DNA of 64,000 bases from an uncultured Candidatus Rokubacteria bacterium (GCA_963708025.1 CAVPSB010000012.1:192001-256000); one strand, 5' to 3'; positions 1-11,736 are shown, counted from the first letter of the stretch. Translations and numbers: made by a program. Notes: a model not told the origin generated them from the letters alone.

Positions 1-3000
1 AGCCGAGCAGCCGCACCGCCTGGAAGCCATCACTCGTCACGAGGCCGGCCCGGACCAGCTCCCAGAGCGCGGCCAGGACGTCAGCTGGCTCACGCGCGAG
101 GAGTCGCGCCAGCTCGTCCACGAACAGGGCGCCCCGGCTCTCCAGGGCGGCGAGCGCTGCCCGCGCGGGGCCGTCCAGCGCCTCGAGCGTGGACGTGCCA
201 TCCGGCGGCGGCTGGCGGAGCCAGCCCGCGTCCGCGCGGGCGAGGAACGCCACCGGGGGCGGGCCGCCCGGTCGCGCCGCGGCCGGCTCGCTCGCGCGCG
301 CCCACGGCGCCAGGCGACCCCAGAGAAACGCGCCCGACAGCGTGAGCTGGTCGAGGAGCTCCGGCCGGTAGTCCGCGATCCGCACCGCGAGGATGTCCCG
401 CTCCCACCCGAAGGCCGGGCGCTCGAGCCCCTGGAGCTGGGCCAGCACCTCCTGGAGCCCGCCGACGCCGTGGAGGCGCGCGTCGGGGCCGGCCCGCTGC
501 CAGCGGCAGAGGAAGTCGGTGAACTCCGCCGGGCCCACCGGCTCGATCTCGGCGCGCAGCCGGCTGAGCGTCAGGCGGTGGATCCGGTCGAGCACCGTCC
601 GCTCGCACCACTGCTCGGCCGGCCCCCGGGGATCGTAGCGGCCCCGGAAGACGACGCCCTCCGCCTCGAGGGCGGCCAGGGCCTGGACGACGGCCTCGGT
701 CGGGAGCGCGAGCGCCGCCGCCAGGTCGGCGACGCCCACCGGTCCGGCGTGGCGCAACCGGCGCCGGCACAGCTCGCGTCGCGCCGTCTCGGGCTCCCAC
801 GCCTCGGCCGCCAGCGCCGCCGGGAGCGTCACCCCGGGCGCCTCCGCCAGCTCGGGGTAGGCCGCCCGGCAGAGTGGCAACGTCTCGACGGCGATCCACA
901 CGGGAGCGCCGCTGCCGCGATCGGTGCGTGTCACGCGGCCCTCGGCAGCGAGGCGGACGAGGAGCGGCGCCGGGTCGCCGGCCACGCGGAACGCCAGCTC
1001 GGCGTCCGTCTGGGGCCCGGCGTCCTTCAGCGCCTCGCACAGCTCGTCGGCGTCGCGCGCCTGGGTGGCCGGCGTCCGCCCGCCCACCTCCTCGGCGACG
1101 CGCGCGATCGCCTCCGGGTCGAGCACGCCCGCCAGCCGGTCCCCGGGCGCCACCTCCTGGAGGAGGCCGCGGTGCGACTGGACCGTCCGGCTCCGCCGCT
1201 CCTCCCGCGGCGCGTCATCGATGAAGCTGTAGTCCCACGCGGCCAGGATCTGGTGAGCGAACGGGGAGGGCGCCGGCACCTCCCGGCTCACGGTGCGGAT
1301 CGTCCCCAGCCGGATCCCTTCCAGCACCGCGACCAGCCGGCGGAGGTCCAGGGCGTCCTCGAGGCACTCCCGGAGCGTCTCGTGGACCAGCGGGTGATCG
1401 GGGATCGGGACGTCGAGGTCAGCCGGCCGGTTGTCCAGGCACGCCTGCTGCTCGGGGAAGCAGGCGGCGAGGAGATCCGTCGCGCGGAGCTTCTGGAGGT
1501 ACGCCGGGACCCGCCGCCCCCCGGCGTGGCGCAGGAGGACGAGCGCGCGGACGGCCGCCTGGCGGAAGCGGGCCTCGAAGAGCGGCGACTGGAGGACGGC
1601 CTGGACCAGCGTCTCCCGCACCGTCGCCGGGTGAAGGTACGACCAGATCGTCTCCAGCGGGAAGGCGTGGCGCGGGCCGAAGGCGAGCAGGACGGCGTCG
1701 TCGGTGGCGGAGGACTGGATCTCGAAGTTGAACGTCCGGCATACCCGCTTGGAGAGGGCCAGACCCCAGGCGCGGTTCACCCGCATCCCGTACGGCGCGT
1801 GGAGGACCACCTGCGTCCCGCCCAGGCTGTCGAAGAAGCGCTCGGCGAGCAGCTCGGTGTCGGTCGGCACGACCCCGACCGCCGCCTGCTGCCGGGCCAC
1901 GTACTCCACCACCTGTCGCGCGGCGTCGGGCTCGACGGCGGCCTCCGCCGCGAGCCACCGGGCGGCCGCCTCGGGCTCGGCGAGGCGCGCGGCGATCTCG
2001 GAGCGGAGCCGGGCCACCCCGGCCGAGAGCTCGGCCGTACGCCCGGGGGCCTCGCCGTGCCAGAAGGGGATCGTCGGGGGCAGCCCCGCCGCGGACTCCA
2101 CGACCATCCGGCCCCGCTGGACCCGCACGATCCGCCAGGGGCTGTTCCCCAGCGTGAAGATGTCCCCTCGCATGGACTCCTGGGCGAAGTCCTCGTTCAC
2201 CTGGCCGAGGACGAGCCCCTCCGGCTCCAGCACCACGTCGTAGTCCGTCGTGTCGGGGATCGTCCCTCCCGAGGTGATGGCAGCCAGCCGCGCCCCCCGG
2301 CGGCCACGGACCCGACCCTGGATCGTGTCCCAGTGGATGCGCGGCGCCACGCCCCGCGGCTCGGTGGGCAGCCGCTCGGCCTCCATCCGGAGCACGCCGT
2401 CGAACGCGGCGCGGTCGAGGTCCCGGTAGGGCGGCGTGCGGCGGACCAGGTCGAAGAGCCGGTCGGCTTCCCACTCGGTGTCGGCGCAGGCTGCCACCAC
2501 CTGCTGGGCGAGCACGTCGAGCGGGCCCCGGGGGATCTCGACCCGGTCGAGCCGTCCCGCCCGGATCTCGCGGACGAGCGCGGCGCACTCCAGCACGTCG
2601 TCGCGGGTGAGCGCGAAGAGCCGCCCCCGCGGCGTGGCCCCGAGCCAGTGCCCCGAGCGCCCGACGCGCTGGACGGCGGTGGCGACGGCGCGCGGCGACT
2701 CCACCTGGCAGACGCACTCGATGGCACCGACGTCGATGCCCAGCTCGAGCGAGCCGGTCGCGACGATCGCCCGGATCTCCCCGGCCTTCAGGCGCGCCTC
2801 CGCCTCCAGGCGCCGCTTCCGCGACAGCGAGCCGTGATGGGCGGCCACCATGTCCGGGCCGAGCCGCTCGGTCAGGCGGACCGCCAGCCGCTCGGCGAGG
2901 CGGCGGCTGTTGGCGAAGACGAGCGTCGTGCGGTGCTGCTGGATGATGGCGGCCAGCTGCGCGTAGGTGGCGTCCCAGACGGCGTTCGTCGCCACCGCCC

Positions 3001-3758
3001 CCAGGTCGCGGGTGGGCGCGACGACCTGGAGGTCGAGCGCCCGGCGGCGGCCGACGTCGACCACCCGGCAGGGGCGCGGGGGACCGCCCGGCGTCTCCAG
3101 GCCCGTGAGGAGCTCCGCGATCTCCCCGACCGGCTCGACGGTCGCCGACAGGCCGATCCGCACGGGCGGCGCGGCGGCGAGGTCGGCCAGCCGCTCGAGG
3201 GTCACCGCCAGGTGGACGCCGCGCTTGGTGCCGGCCACGGCGTGGATCTCGTCGACGATCACGAAGCGCACCGCGGCCAGCGCCCGGCGCATCCGCTCCG
3301 AGGCCAGGAGGATGAAGAGGGACTCCGGCGTGGTGATCAGGATGTGCGGCGGCCGGCGTCCCATCGCGGCGCGATCGGGCGCGGGCGTGTCCCCGGTCCG
3401 CACGGCCGCCCGCAGCTCCGGCAGCTCGAGTCCGAGCTCCCGGGCCGCCTCCCGGATGCCGGCCAGGGGCTCGGCCAGGTTCCGGTGGATGTCGTTGTTC
3501 AGCGCCTTGAGCGGCGAGACGTAGACGACGTCGATGCGGTCGGCGAGCCGCGCCGGCCGCCGCGTCCTGGACGAGGGCGTCCAGGGCCCAGAGGAACGCG
3601 GCCAGCGTCTTGCCGGAGCCGGTGGGCGCGGTGATCAGCGTGTGGTGTCCCGCCCCGATGGCCGGCCAGCCGTGGCGCTGGGGCTCGGTGGGCCCCGGGA
3701 AGCGACGGCTGAACCAGGCGCGGACGGCGGGATGGAAGCGCTCGAGTACGGGATCCAT
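1..3758 (-). CDS. lhr: Lhr-family DEAD/DEAH-box helicase; one frameshift near 3555; runs off the left edge
   Basis: [34 protein letters not shown]; next frame has [47 protein letters not shown] and the C-terminal [16 protein letters not shown]. Confidence 0.9.
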
Positions 3759-3771
3759 CACGGCTCGGGTC

Positions 3772-3824
3772 ATTGTACCAGCGTCGGCCGAGCCCTTGAC
3801 TCGCTGCCGCCTCCCGCCTAGCAT
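3772..3824. promoter_or_regulatory. Divergent sigma70-like promoters for lhr (-) and coxS (+)
   Basis: + strand TTGACT(3796)-17 nt-TAGCAT(3819); - strand extended -10 TGGTACAAT at 3772-3780. Confidence 0.5.
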
Positions 3825-3858
3825 CCCGCCAGGGGTGGACGGGGTTCCAAAACCAGAC

Positions 3859-4359
3859 ATGATCGATGGATTCCAGCTGACCGTCCGCCTGAGGGTGAAC
3901 GGCCGCGACTACTCGGAGGTCGTGCCGCCACGGTTGCTCCTGTCGGATTTTCTCCGGGAGCGCCTGGGCCTCACCGGCACCCACGTCGGCTGCGAGCACG
4001 GGGTCTGCGGCGCCTGCACGGTGCTGCTCGACGGCGACCCCGTCCGCTCCTGCCTGATGTTCGCGGTGCAGGTGGACGGCGCGGCGATCACGACCGTGGA
4101 GGGGCTGGCGCCGGACGGCGAGCGGCTGCATCCGGTGCAGCAGGCGTTCCGCCAGGAGCACGGGCTCCAGTGCGGCTTCTGCACGCCGGGCATCTGCTGA
4201 CCACGGTCGCCCTCCTGCGCGAGACACCCCGAGCCGAGCGACGAGGCGATCCGGACCGGCCTGGCCGGGAACCTCTGCCGCTGCACCGGCTACCAGAACA
4301 TCGTGCGGGCCGTGCGTCGGGCCAGCCAGCTCCTGGCGGGCGAGGCCAAGCGGCCGTGA
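3859..4359 (+). CDS. (2Fe-2S) small subunit of xanthine dehydrogenase/CoxS family, frameshifted near 4195
   Basis: [35 protein letters not shown] motifs across frames. Confidence 0.88.
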
Positions 4360-6780
4360 CCACGCGGTAGATCGGGGCGCCGATCCCGCGCAACGAGGAC
4401 CCGCGCCTCCTGCGGGGGCTCGGCCGCTACGTCGACGACCTGAACCCGCCCGGGGTGCTCCACGCCGCCGGGCTGCGCAGCCCCCACGCCCACGCCCGCA
4501 TCGTCTCCATCGACGTCGACGCGAGCCCGCGCCGCGCCTGGCGTCCACCTGGTCCTCACCGCCGCCGACCTCGGCGCCGCTCAACCAGCCGATGCCGCTC
4601 CTGATCCCGCACCCGGGCCTGACCGAGCCGCGCACCCAGCACCCGCTGGCGGCGGACGAGGTCCGCTACGTCGGGGAGGCGGTCGCCTTCGTCGTGGCCG
4701 AGGACCGCTACGTCGCCGAGGACGCCGCCGGGCAGATCGAGGTCGAGTACGAGCCGCTGCCCGCGGTCATCGATCTGGAGGCCGCCCTGGCCGAGGGCAG
4801 CCCGCGCGTGCACGCCGACGTCCCGGACAACCTCGCCGCGCGCCTGGTCCAGCGCGTGGGCGACGCCGGACCAGGCCTTCGCGCGCGCGGCCGCACGTCT
4901 TCCGCGAGCGGCTCTGCGATCGAGCGGAGCGGGGGCAGCCCCATCGAGACCCGAGGCGTGGTGGCGGAGTACGACCCGCGGACCGGCGCGCTGCGAGCCT
5001 GGATCGCCGACCCAGGCGCCGCTGCCGATCAAGAACGGGCTCGCCCGCCTCTTCGGGCTCCCGGAGTTCAAGGTCGAGGTCATCGCCCCCGACGTCGGCG
5101 GCGGCTTCGGCACGAAGATCATGCTCTTCTATCCGGAGGAGATCCTGGTCCCAGCGGCCGCCATCCGGCTGGGTCGGCCGGTGAAGTGGATCGAGGACCG
5201 GATGCGAGCACCTGGCCAGCGCCAGCCAGGAGCGCGGCCAGCTCCACGAGGCCGAGGTGGCGACCGACGCGGCCGGCCGGATCCTCGCCGTCCGCGACCG
5301 GTTCCTCCACGACACCGGCGCCTACACGCCATACGGCATCGTCGTCCCGCTCATCACCGCGACCCAGCTCCCCGGCCCCTACCGGCTCCGGCACTACCAC
5401 GTCGAGTTCGACGTCGTGTACACGAACAAGGTCATGGTGACCCCGTACCGGGGCGCCGGCCGGCCGCACGGCTGTCTTCGTGATGGAGCGGCTGATCGGG
5501 CGCATCGCGCGGCGAGCTCGGGCTCGAGCCGGCCGAGGTGCGCCGCCGGAACTTCATCCAGCCCGACGAGTTCCCGTGCGACGTGGGCCTGACCTTCCAG
5601 GACGGCGGGCCGACCCGCTACGACAGCGGGGACTACCCGGCCGGGCTCGAGCAGGCGCTGGCCCTGATCGGCTCGGCGACTTCCGGGCCCGGCAGGCGGC
5701 GGCCCGGGCCGAGGGCCGCTACCTCGGCCTCGGCATCGGGTGCTACGTGGAGGGGACCGGCGTCGGGCCCTACGAGGGGGCCCACGTGCGCGTGGAGCCG
5801 AGCGGCCAGGTGTACGTCGCGACCGGGCTCACGACCCAGGGGCAGGGGCACCCGACGATCTTCGCCCAGATCGCGGCGGAGGCCCTCGGCTGCGACCCGG
5901 CCGACGTCACGGTCGTCACCGGCGACACGAGCCGCTTCAACTGGGGTGCCGGCACGTTCGCGAGCCGCGCGCTCGTGACCGCCGGCAACGCCGTCGGGAT
6001 CGCGGCGGCCAAGGTCCAGAGAAGGCGCTGCGGCTGGCCGCCGAGCTCCTGGAGGCCGCGCCGCACGACCTCGAGCTGGCCGGCGGCGCCGTCCGGGTCA
6101 AGGGCGCGCCGAGCCGCCGGCTGGCGCTCGGCGCGCTGGCGACGGTGGCCAACCCGATCCGCTACGCCTACGGCAAGGAGGCGGCCGAGGCGGCGCTCCG
6201 GCTCGTCGAAGCCGCGCCAGGGCGCCGTCCTCGCGGCGGGCGAGGAGCCGGGCTCGAGGCCCACGGCTACTACTCGCCGCCCCAGGCCACGTTCGCCAGC
6301 GGCTGTCACGCCGCGATCGTCGAGGTCGACGTGGAGACCGGGGAGGTGCGGTTCGTCAGGTACGTCGTCCAGCACGACTGCGGGACGGTGGTCAACCCGA
6401 CGATCGTGGAGGGACAGGTCCACGGCGGGGTCGCCCAGGGGATCGGCGGGGCGCTCTACGAGCGGATGGTCTACGACGCGAGCGGCCAGCTCCTCTCCGG
6501 GAGCTTCATGGACTTCCTGATCCCCACCGCCATGGAGGTGCCCGACATCGAGATCGCGCATCTCGAGACGCCGTCGCCGCTGAACCCGCTCGGCGTCAAG
6601 GGGGTGGGGGAGGCCGGCGCGATCCCCGTGCCCGCCCTGGTGGCCGAGGCCATCGACGACGCCCTCGCCCCCTTCGGCGTCCGGGTCCGCGAGATGCCGC
6701 TCGCCCCGCCCCGGATTCTCGAGCTGATCCGGGAAGGCCGCGCCCGGGGAGGCGCCGCCGGGTCCGGCCCGGCGCGGTAG
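4356..6780 (+). CDS. Molybdopterin large subunit (XDH/CoxL-like) with several frameshifts and an in-frame TAG at codon 5; pseudogene or sequencing errors
   Basis: [62 protein letters not shown] spread over frames. Confidence 0.85.
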
Positions 6781-6847
6781 TATGTCCGAGTATCCCGGGT
6801 CTGCGCCGGCCTATTCTCGATGAGGGACCCCATGGAGGATCGCTTGA

Positions 6848-6876
6848 TTGACCCCTGGATGCCCTCGCGGTAGTCT
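6848..6876 (+). promoter_or_regulatory. sigma70-like promoter giving a probably leaderless DUF433 mRNA
   Basis: TTGACC-17 nt-TAGTCT ending 7 nt before GTG 6884; no SD. Confidence 0.45.
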
Positions 6877-6883
6877 TGACCCC

Positions 6884-7111
6884 GTGAACTATCGACAGCT
6901 GATCACCATCGAGCCCGGCAAGCGCGGAGGCAAGCCGTGCATTCGCGGCCTGCGCATCACGGTCTACGACGTCCTCGAATACCTGGCCTCCGGCATGTCG
7001 GAGGCCGAGATCCTGCACGACTTTCCTGACCTCACGGCCGAGGACATCCGAGCCTGCCTCGCATTCGCCGCTGACCGAGAGCGCAGGATCGTCTGCGCTC
7101 CTCCGGAGTGA
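6884..7111 (+). CDS. DUF433 family antitoxin
   Basis: ITIEPGKRGGKPCIRGLRITVYDVLEYLASGMSEAEILHDFPDLTAEDIRACL. Confidence 0.92.
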   Translation: MNYRQLITIEPGKRGGKPCIRGLRITVYDVLEYLASGMSEAEILHDFPDLTAEDIRACLAFAADRERRIVCAPPE

Positions 7112-7340
7112 AGCTCCTCTTCGACCAGAACCTCGCACCACGGCTGGCGGACGCCCTGGCGGACCTGTACCCCGGCTCGACCCATGTCCGTGAGGTTCGG
7201 CTGCAGGCGGCGGACGACGACTCCGTATGGACCTATGCCGCCAGACGCGGCTTCGCCATCGTCTCGAAGGACGCGGACTTCCGTCAACGGAGCTTCGTGT
7301 TGGGACATCCTCCTAAGGTGGTCTGGATCCGGCGCGGCGA
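7108..7340 (+). pseudogene. DUF5615 PIN-like toxin, C-terminally truncated
   Basis: MKLLFDQNL..IVSKDADF..GHPPKVVWIRRG, then the sequence switches to antisense cyclase DNA. Confidence 0.8.
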
Positions 7341-8221
7341 GGGCCCGATCCAGGGAGAACAGCTTGCCTGTGACCTTCTCGCGGACCTTGCGCGCGTCAT
7401 CGCGCGCCTCGATCTGAAAGTAGGTCCGAAGCAGGTCGATGAGCGGCAGGAACGCGGTCACCTTCCCGTAGGAGACGGAGCTGCTCTCGACGATCACCCA
7501 GCCCTGGGTGCGGTGCGAGTGGGTGAACTCCCAGAAGAGGCGCGACTTGCCGACGCCGGGGTCGCCGACGACGGCCACCACCTGACCGTGCCCGGTGCGG
7601 GCCCGCTCCAGGGCCTGCCGGAGCTGGTCCAGCTCCGGGTCACGCCCCACGAAGCGGGTGAGCCCCGGGCGGCGGCCGCCTGGAGCCGCGAGCGCACGGT
7701 GGTGGCCCCGACGACCTCGTAGACCTCGATCGGGGCCGGGAGCCCTTTGATCGGCAGCGGGCCGAGCGGCTTGACGTGCACATACCCTTCGGCGAGGCTC
7801 AGGGTGTCGGCGGGCATCATGATCGACCCGGGCACTGCCAGCTGTTCCATGCGCGCGGCGAGGTGAGTGGTCTGGCCGACGGCGGTGTAGTCCATGTGGA
7901 GGTCGCTTCCGATGGACCGGACGACGACCTCGCCGGAGTTCAGGCCCACCCGGATCTGGAGCGGGATGCCCTCGCTCCGCCGGATGCCCCCGGCGTACTG
8001 CCGCACGGCGTCCTGCATCCGCAAGGCGGCGTAGCACGCGCGCACGGCGTGATCCTCGTGGGCGAGGGGGCGCCGAAGAGGGCCATGATCCCGTCCCCCA
8101 TCACCTGGTTCACGGTGCCCTCGTAGCGGTGAACCGCTTCCATCATCCGCTCGAGCACCGGGTCCAGGAGCCTCCTGGCCTCCTCGGGGTCGCGGTCGGC
8201 GAGGAGCTCCATGGAGCCCTC
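7340..8221 (-). pseudogene. Class III adenylate/guanylate cyclase + AAA ATPase fragment, truncated at both ends and frameshifted
   Basis: GSMELLADRDPEEA..GDGIMALFGAP..RVGLNSGEV..VGQTTHLAARME..FVGR..GDPGVGKSRL; upstream VLFAD motif and the downstream half are absent. Confidence 0.85.
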
Positions 8222-8328
8222 CGGAACGGGGGCCCCTCCCGGGACGCACGCTCAAGCCCACCGGGGCCCGAGGTGTACTACCATGGCTTCACCGGCTGGA
8301 GGGCGCGGGCCGGATGGAGGAGGGACCC

Positions 8329-10773
8329 ATGACCAGGCCACCACGCGGCTCGAACCCCTGGGACGCCTGCGCGCGTTTCACGGCCGGCCTCGCGAGACCC
8401 GTAGACCGGCGGACCGCCCTGGCGGGGCTCCTCGGCCTCGCCTGGGGAACCCGGGCCCTGGCCCAGACGCCGGCCCCGGGCCAGGCGCCTCCCGGCCCGA
8501 GCGGGGCGGCCGGTACGGGGGCCGCCCCCGACTGGCCGAAGGTGGCCAAGGCGGGAGCGGCGACGATCTCCATCTATCTCCCGCAGGTCGACTCCTGGGA
8601 CGGCCATCGCCTGGAGGCCCACGCCGCGGTCAGCATCACCCCGTCGGAGCACGACGCCCCGGTGTTCGGCGTCCTGGCGGTCGTCTGGGACACCGAGGTG
8701 GACAGGGGCGCGCGCACGGTGACCCTCGACGGCCTGCGGATCGCGCGGGTCACGTTTCCCTCGGCCCCTGACAAGGAGGCGACCTACAAGAAGCTCCTCG
8801 AGGAGCAGGTGCCCAAACGGGTCCGCACGATCGAGCTGGACCGGCTGGAGGCGGCGCTGGCGACGATCGAGGCGCGGGAGAAGGGGGAGAAGAAACCCCT
8901 CCGGAACGACCCGCCCCGCATCGTGTTCTCGAAGACGCCGGCCATCCTGATCCCGATCGACGGCGCCCCGGTCTACCGTGCGGTGCCGAACACGCTCTAC
9001 ACCCGGGTGATCAACACCCGCCCGCTCGTGCTGAAGGACGGCGCCGGCACACACTACCTGCGCCTCTTCGACGGCTGGATGACGGCGCCGGCCGTGACGG
9101 GGCCCTGGAGCGTCGCCCAGCGACCTCCGACCGACCTCGACTTCATCATGCAGCTGGTGGCCAAGAGCGGCAGCGTCGACCTCCTGGAGCTGGCCGACCC
9201 GAAGGACTCGCAGGACCGGCCGTCCCTGGCCAAGGGCCCGGTCCCCGCGATCCTGGTCGCGACGGAGCCCACCGAGCTGATCGTCACCCAGGGGACGTCC
9301 ACCTACACGGTGATCGAGGGCACCCAGCTTACCTACGTGTCGAACACGACCGGCCACGTCTTCTGGCACCGGGGCGAACAGCAGACCTACGTGCTCGTCA
9401 GCGGGCGCTGGTTCCGCGCCCCGTTCACGGACGGCCCGTGGACCTACGTGGCGGGCAAGGACCTGCCGCCCGACTTCGCGAAGATCCCCGACGACAGCCC
9501 CAAGGAGAACGTGAAGGCGTCGGTCCCCGGCACGCCGCAGGCGCAGGAGGCGGTGATCGCCAGCACAATCCCCGAGACCGCGGCGATCAAGCGCAGCGAG
9601 GTGAAGCTGCCGCCCCCGACGTACGACGGCGGCTCGCCCCAGCTCGAGCCGATCGAGGGCACGCCGCTGGCCTACGTGGTGAACAGCCCGTACCCGGTCA
9701 TCCAGGTGAGCCCCACGAGCTACTACGCGCTCCAGAACGGGATCTGGTTCGTCGCGCCGACCCCCCAGGGCTTCTGGGAGACCGCGACCTCGGTCCCACC
9801 GGTCATCTACTCGATCCCCCCGAGCTCGCCGCTCCACTACGTCACGTACGTCTACGTCTACCGGGCCACGCCGACCGTGGTCTACGTCGGCTACACGCCC
9901 GGGTACTACGGCACCTACGTGTACGAGGACGTCGTGGTCTACGGCACGGGCTACGTCTACCCGGCGTGGGTCGGCACGGTGTACTATCCGGCCCCGGTCA
10001 CCTACGGGTACGCGGTGGCTCCGACCTACACGCCGTGGACCGGCTGGGTCATGGGCTTCGGCTTCGGCCTGGCGTTCGGGGCGGCGACCGCGGGATGGGC
10101 GTGGGGCTGCTACCCGGCGTGGGGTCCATACCGCTACAGCTCCGGCGCGGCGGTGGGACGCTACGGCGCCGCAGCCTGGGGGCCCGGCGGCTGGGCGGCG
10201 ACCACCGGGAACGTTTACCATCGCTGGGGCGACACGGCGGCCGTCACCCGCCACTCGTCCGGCTTCAACGCCTGGACCGGGAACGCGTGGGCGGGCTCGG
10301 CCGGCATGTCGTACAACTCCCGCACGGGCACCGTGGCGGCGGGACAGCGATCGGCGGTGGGCAACGCCTACTCCGGCAACTGGGCCGCCGGCAGCCGTGC
10401 GACTGCCGTGAACCCGCGGACGGGCCAGGCCGTCACGGCCGGGCGGGTCGCGGGCGGCAACGTGTACTCCGGCACCGGCGGCTCGGCCGGCTACGTCCGC
10501 GGCGAGTCCGGCGGGGTGGCCCGGGTCGGCAACGACGTCTACGCCACCCGCGACGGCAACGTCTACCGCAACACCGGGAGTAGCTGGGAGCAGCGCAGCG
10601 GCGGGGGCTGGAGCGGCACGTCGGCCCCCAGCTCGGTGAGTCGCGACGCGCAGGCCCGGTTGACCGGCCAGGCGCGCGTGAACAGCTATAATGCCGCGGG
10701 CGGGGCCTCCTACTCGGGAGGCTCCCGCGCCGGCGGCGGGGGTTCCCGGGGCGGCGGCGGCCGGCGCCGGTGA
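8329..10773 (+). CDS. Large exported protein (carbohydrate-binding V/XII-like hypothetical) with Tyr/Trp-rich region and Gly/Arg-rich tail
   Basis: Intact ORF with SD; RRTALAGLLG Tat-like signal; YVLVSGRWF, LPPDFAKIP motifs; low-complexity C-terminus. Confidence 0.7.
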   Translation: MTRPPRGSNPWDACARFTAGLARPVDRRTALAGLLGLAWGTRALAQTPAPGQAPPGPSGAAGTGAAPDWPKVAKAGAATISIYLPQVDSWDGHRLEAHAAVSITPSEHDAPVFGVLAVVWDTEVDRGARTVTLDGLRIARVTFPSAPDKEATYKKLLEEQVPKRVRTIELDRLEAALATIEAREKGEKKPLRNDPPRIVFSKTPAILIPIDGAPVYRAVPNTLYTRVINTRPLVLKDGAGTHYLRLFDGWMTAPAVTGPWSVAQRPPTDLDFIMQLVAKSGSVDLLELADPKDSQDRPSLAKGPVPAILVATEPTELIVTQGTSTYTVIEGTQLTYVSNTTGHVFWHRGEQQTYVLVSGRWFRAPFTDGPWTYVAGKDLPPDFAKIPDDSPKENVKASVPGTPQAQEAVIASTIPETAAIKRSEVKLPPPTYDGGSPQLEPIEGTPLAYVVNSPYPVIQVSPTSYYALQNGIWFVAPTPQGFWETATSVPPVIYSIPPSSPLHYVTYVYVYRATPTVVYVGYTPGYYGTYVYEDVVVYGTGYVYPAWVGTVYYPAPVTYGYAVAPTYTPWTGWVMGFGFGLAFGAATAGWAWGCYPAWGPYRYSSGAAVGRYGAAAWGPGGWAATTGNVYHRWGDTAAVTRHSSGFNAWTGNAWAGSAGMSYNSRTGTVAAGQRSAVGNAYSGNWAAGSRATAVNPRTGQAVTAGRVAGGNVYSGTGGSAGYVRGESGGVARVGNDVYATRDGNVYRNTGSSWEQRSGGGWSGTSAPSSVSRDAQARLTGQARVNSYNAAGGASYSGGSRAGGGGSRGGGGRRR

Positions 10774-10814
10774 CCATCGGACCGACCGGAATCCGGACGA
10801 AGGAGAGTCAGGCC

Positions 10815-11279
10815 ATGCGGAGCATGCTCGCGGCAGCAGTGCTGGCGGTCCTGGTCCTGCCGGGAGGGTGCGCGACGACGCCCGGGGGCATCGCGGTCCC
10901 GGCGGCGGACGTGGACGCGGTCAACCAGGTGATCCAGTCCCAGCGGGTGGCCTTCAACGCCCGGAACCTGGACGGGCTCCTGGTGGCCATCGCGGACGAC
11001 GCCAAGGTCGTCTCGCTGCCGGTGTTCGGATCGGGTCGCGGAAGCGACGACGCGCAGGTGTCGAAGGTGCAGTACCGGACGGACATGGCCGCGCTGATGG
11101 CGCGGGGCGACCGGACCCTGCTCGAGCACGCCCAGTGGAACGTGTCGTTCGCCGACCCCACCCACGCGACGGCCATGGGGCAGGTCCAGGTGGGCGAGCG
11201 CAAGGCGGACTTCATGTACAAGCTCGAGAAGCGCGCGGGACGCTGGATGATCGTCGAGTCGATGGTGATGCGGAAGTAG
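10815..11279 (+). CDS. Lipoprotein, probable NTF2/SnoaL-like fold
   Basis: AGGAG SD, hydrophobic signal ending GGC, AFNARNLDGL..ADDA..W end motif. Confidence 0.6.
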   Translation: MRSMLAAAVLAVLVLPGGCATTPGGIAVPAADVDAVNQVIQSQRVAFNARNLDGLLVAIADDAKVVSLPVFGSGRGSDDAQVSKVQYRTDMAALMARGDRTLLEHAQWNVSFADPTHATAMGQVQVGERKADFMYKLEKRAGRWMIVESMVMRK

Positions 11280-11404
11280 GCGGGCCCCGAGGGATCTTCG
11301 GGGGGATTCCGCGCCCCCCGATGACCCGGCCGGGACGAGGCTTCCGTCCCGGCCGCCCGCTCCAGCCGAGGAACGTGCCCGCGAGGCGTCTCACGCGCTG
11401 GCCG

Positions 11405-11620
11405 GTCGCAGCTTCCGAGACCCGGAGCGCCGGGTCGGCCACGACCCGGGCCAGCAGGGCGCAGTAGTCCACCACCATCGCCGCGATCGTTTCCCGATCG
11501 TGCCGGTACAGCTCGCTGTCCTGGTGAAACCACCCGCCGGTGCCAGACCGCGAAGTCGCCGTACTGGAATGCCGGCTCCGGCAGGGGCGACGGTTCACCG
11601 CGGGAGAAGGCCTCGTAGCG
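11405..11620 (-). pseudogene. NRPS condensation-domain remnant
   Basis: RYEAFSRGEPSPLPEPAFQYGDFAVWHR followed in another frame by RETIAAMVVDYCALLARVVADPALRVSE. Confidence 0.65.
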
Positions 11621-11736
11621 GTCACGGCGTCCAAGCGCAGGTCGATTGGAGCAGCCGGGTCGGTCACGGGGCCGGTCAACGCGCCGCCGCCTCGAGGTCG
11701 GCGCTCACGGCCTCATGGTCGCCCATGGCCTGCCCC

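Noticed and set aside
470-3634. 1054-aa plus-strand ORF and other long overlapping ORFs (e.g. the 5' extension of 23938-27372, and 55232-57685)
   Set aside because: Antisense or off-frame shadows of real high-GC genes with no family motifs
4368-4370. In-frame TAG as pyrrolysine or recoding
   Set aside because: No pyl genes are seen, other genes use TAG as stop, and it lies in an indel-rich stretch; more likely an error or decay
3540-8100. Programmed frameshifting in lhr, coxS, coxL and the cyclase
   Set aside because: Indels are numerous, clustered and lack slippery sites; consistent with low-quality consensus or pseudogenisation
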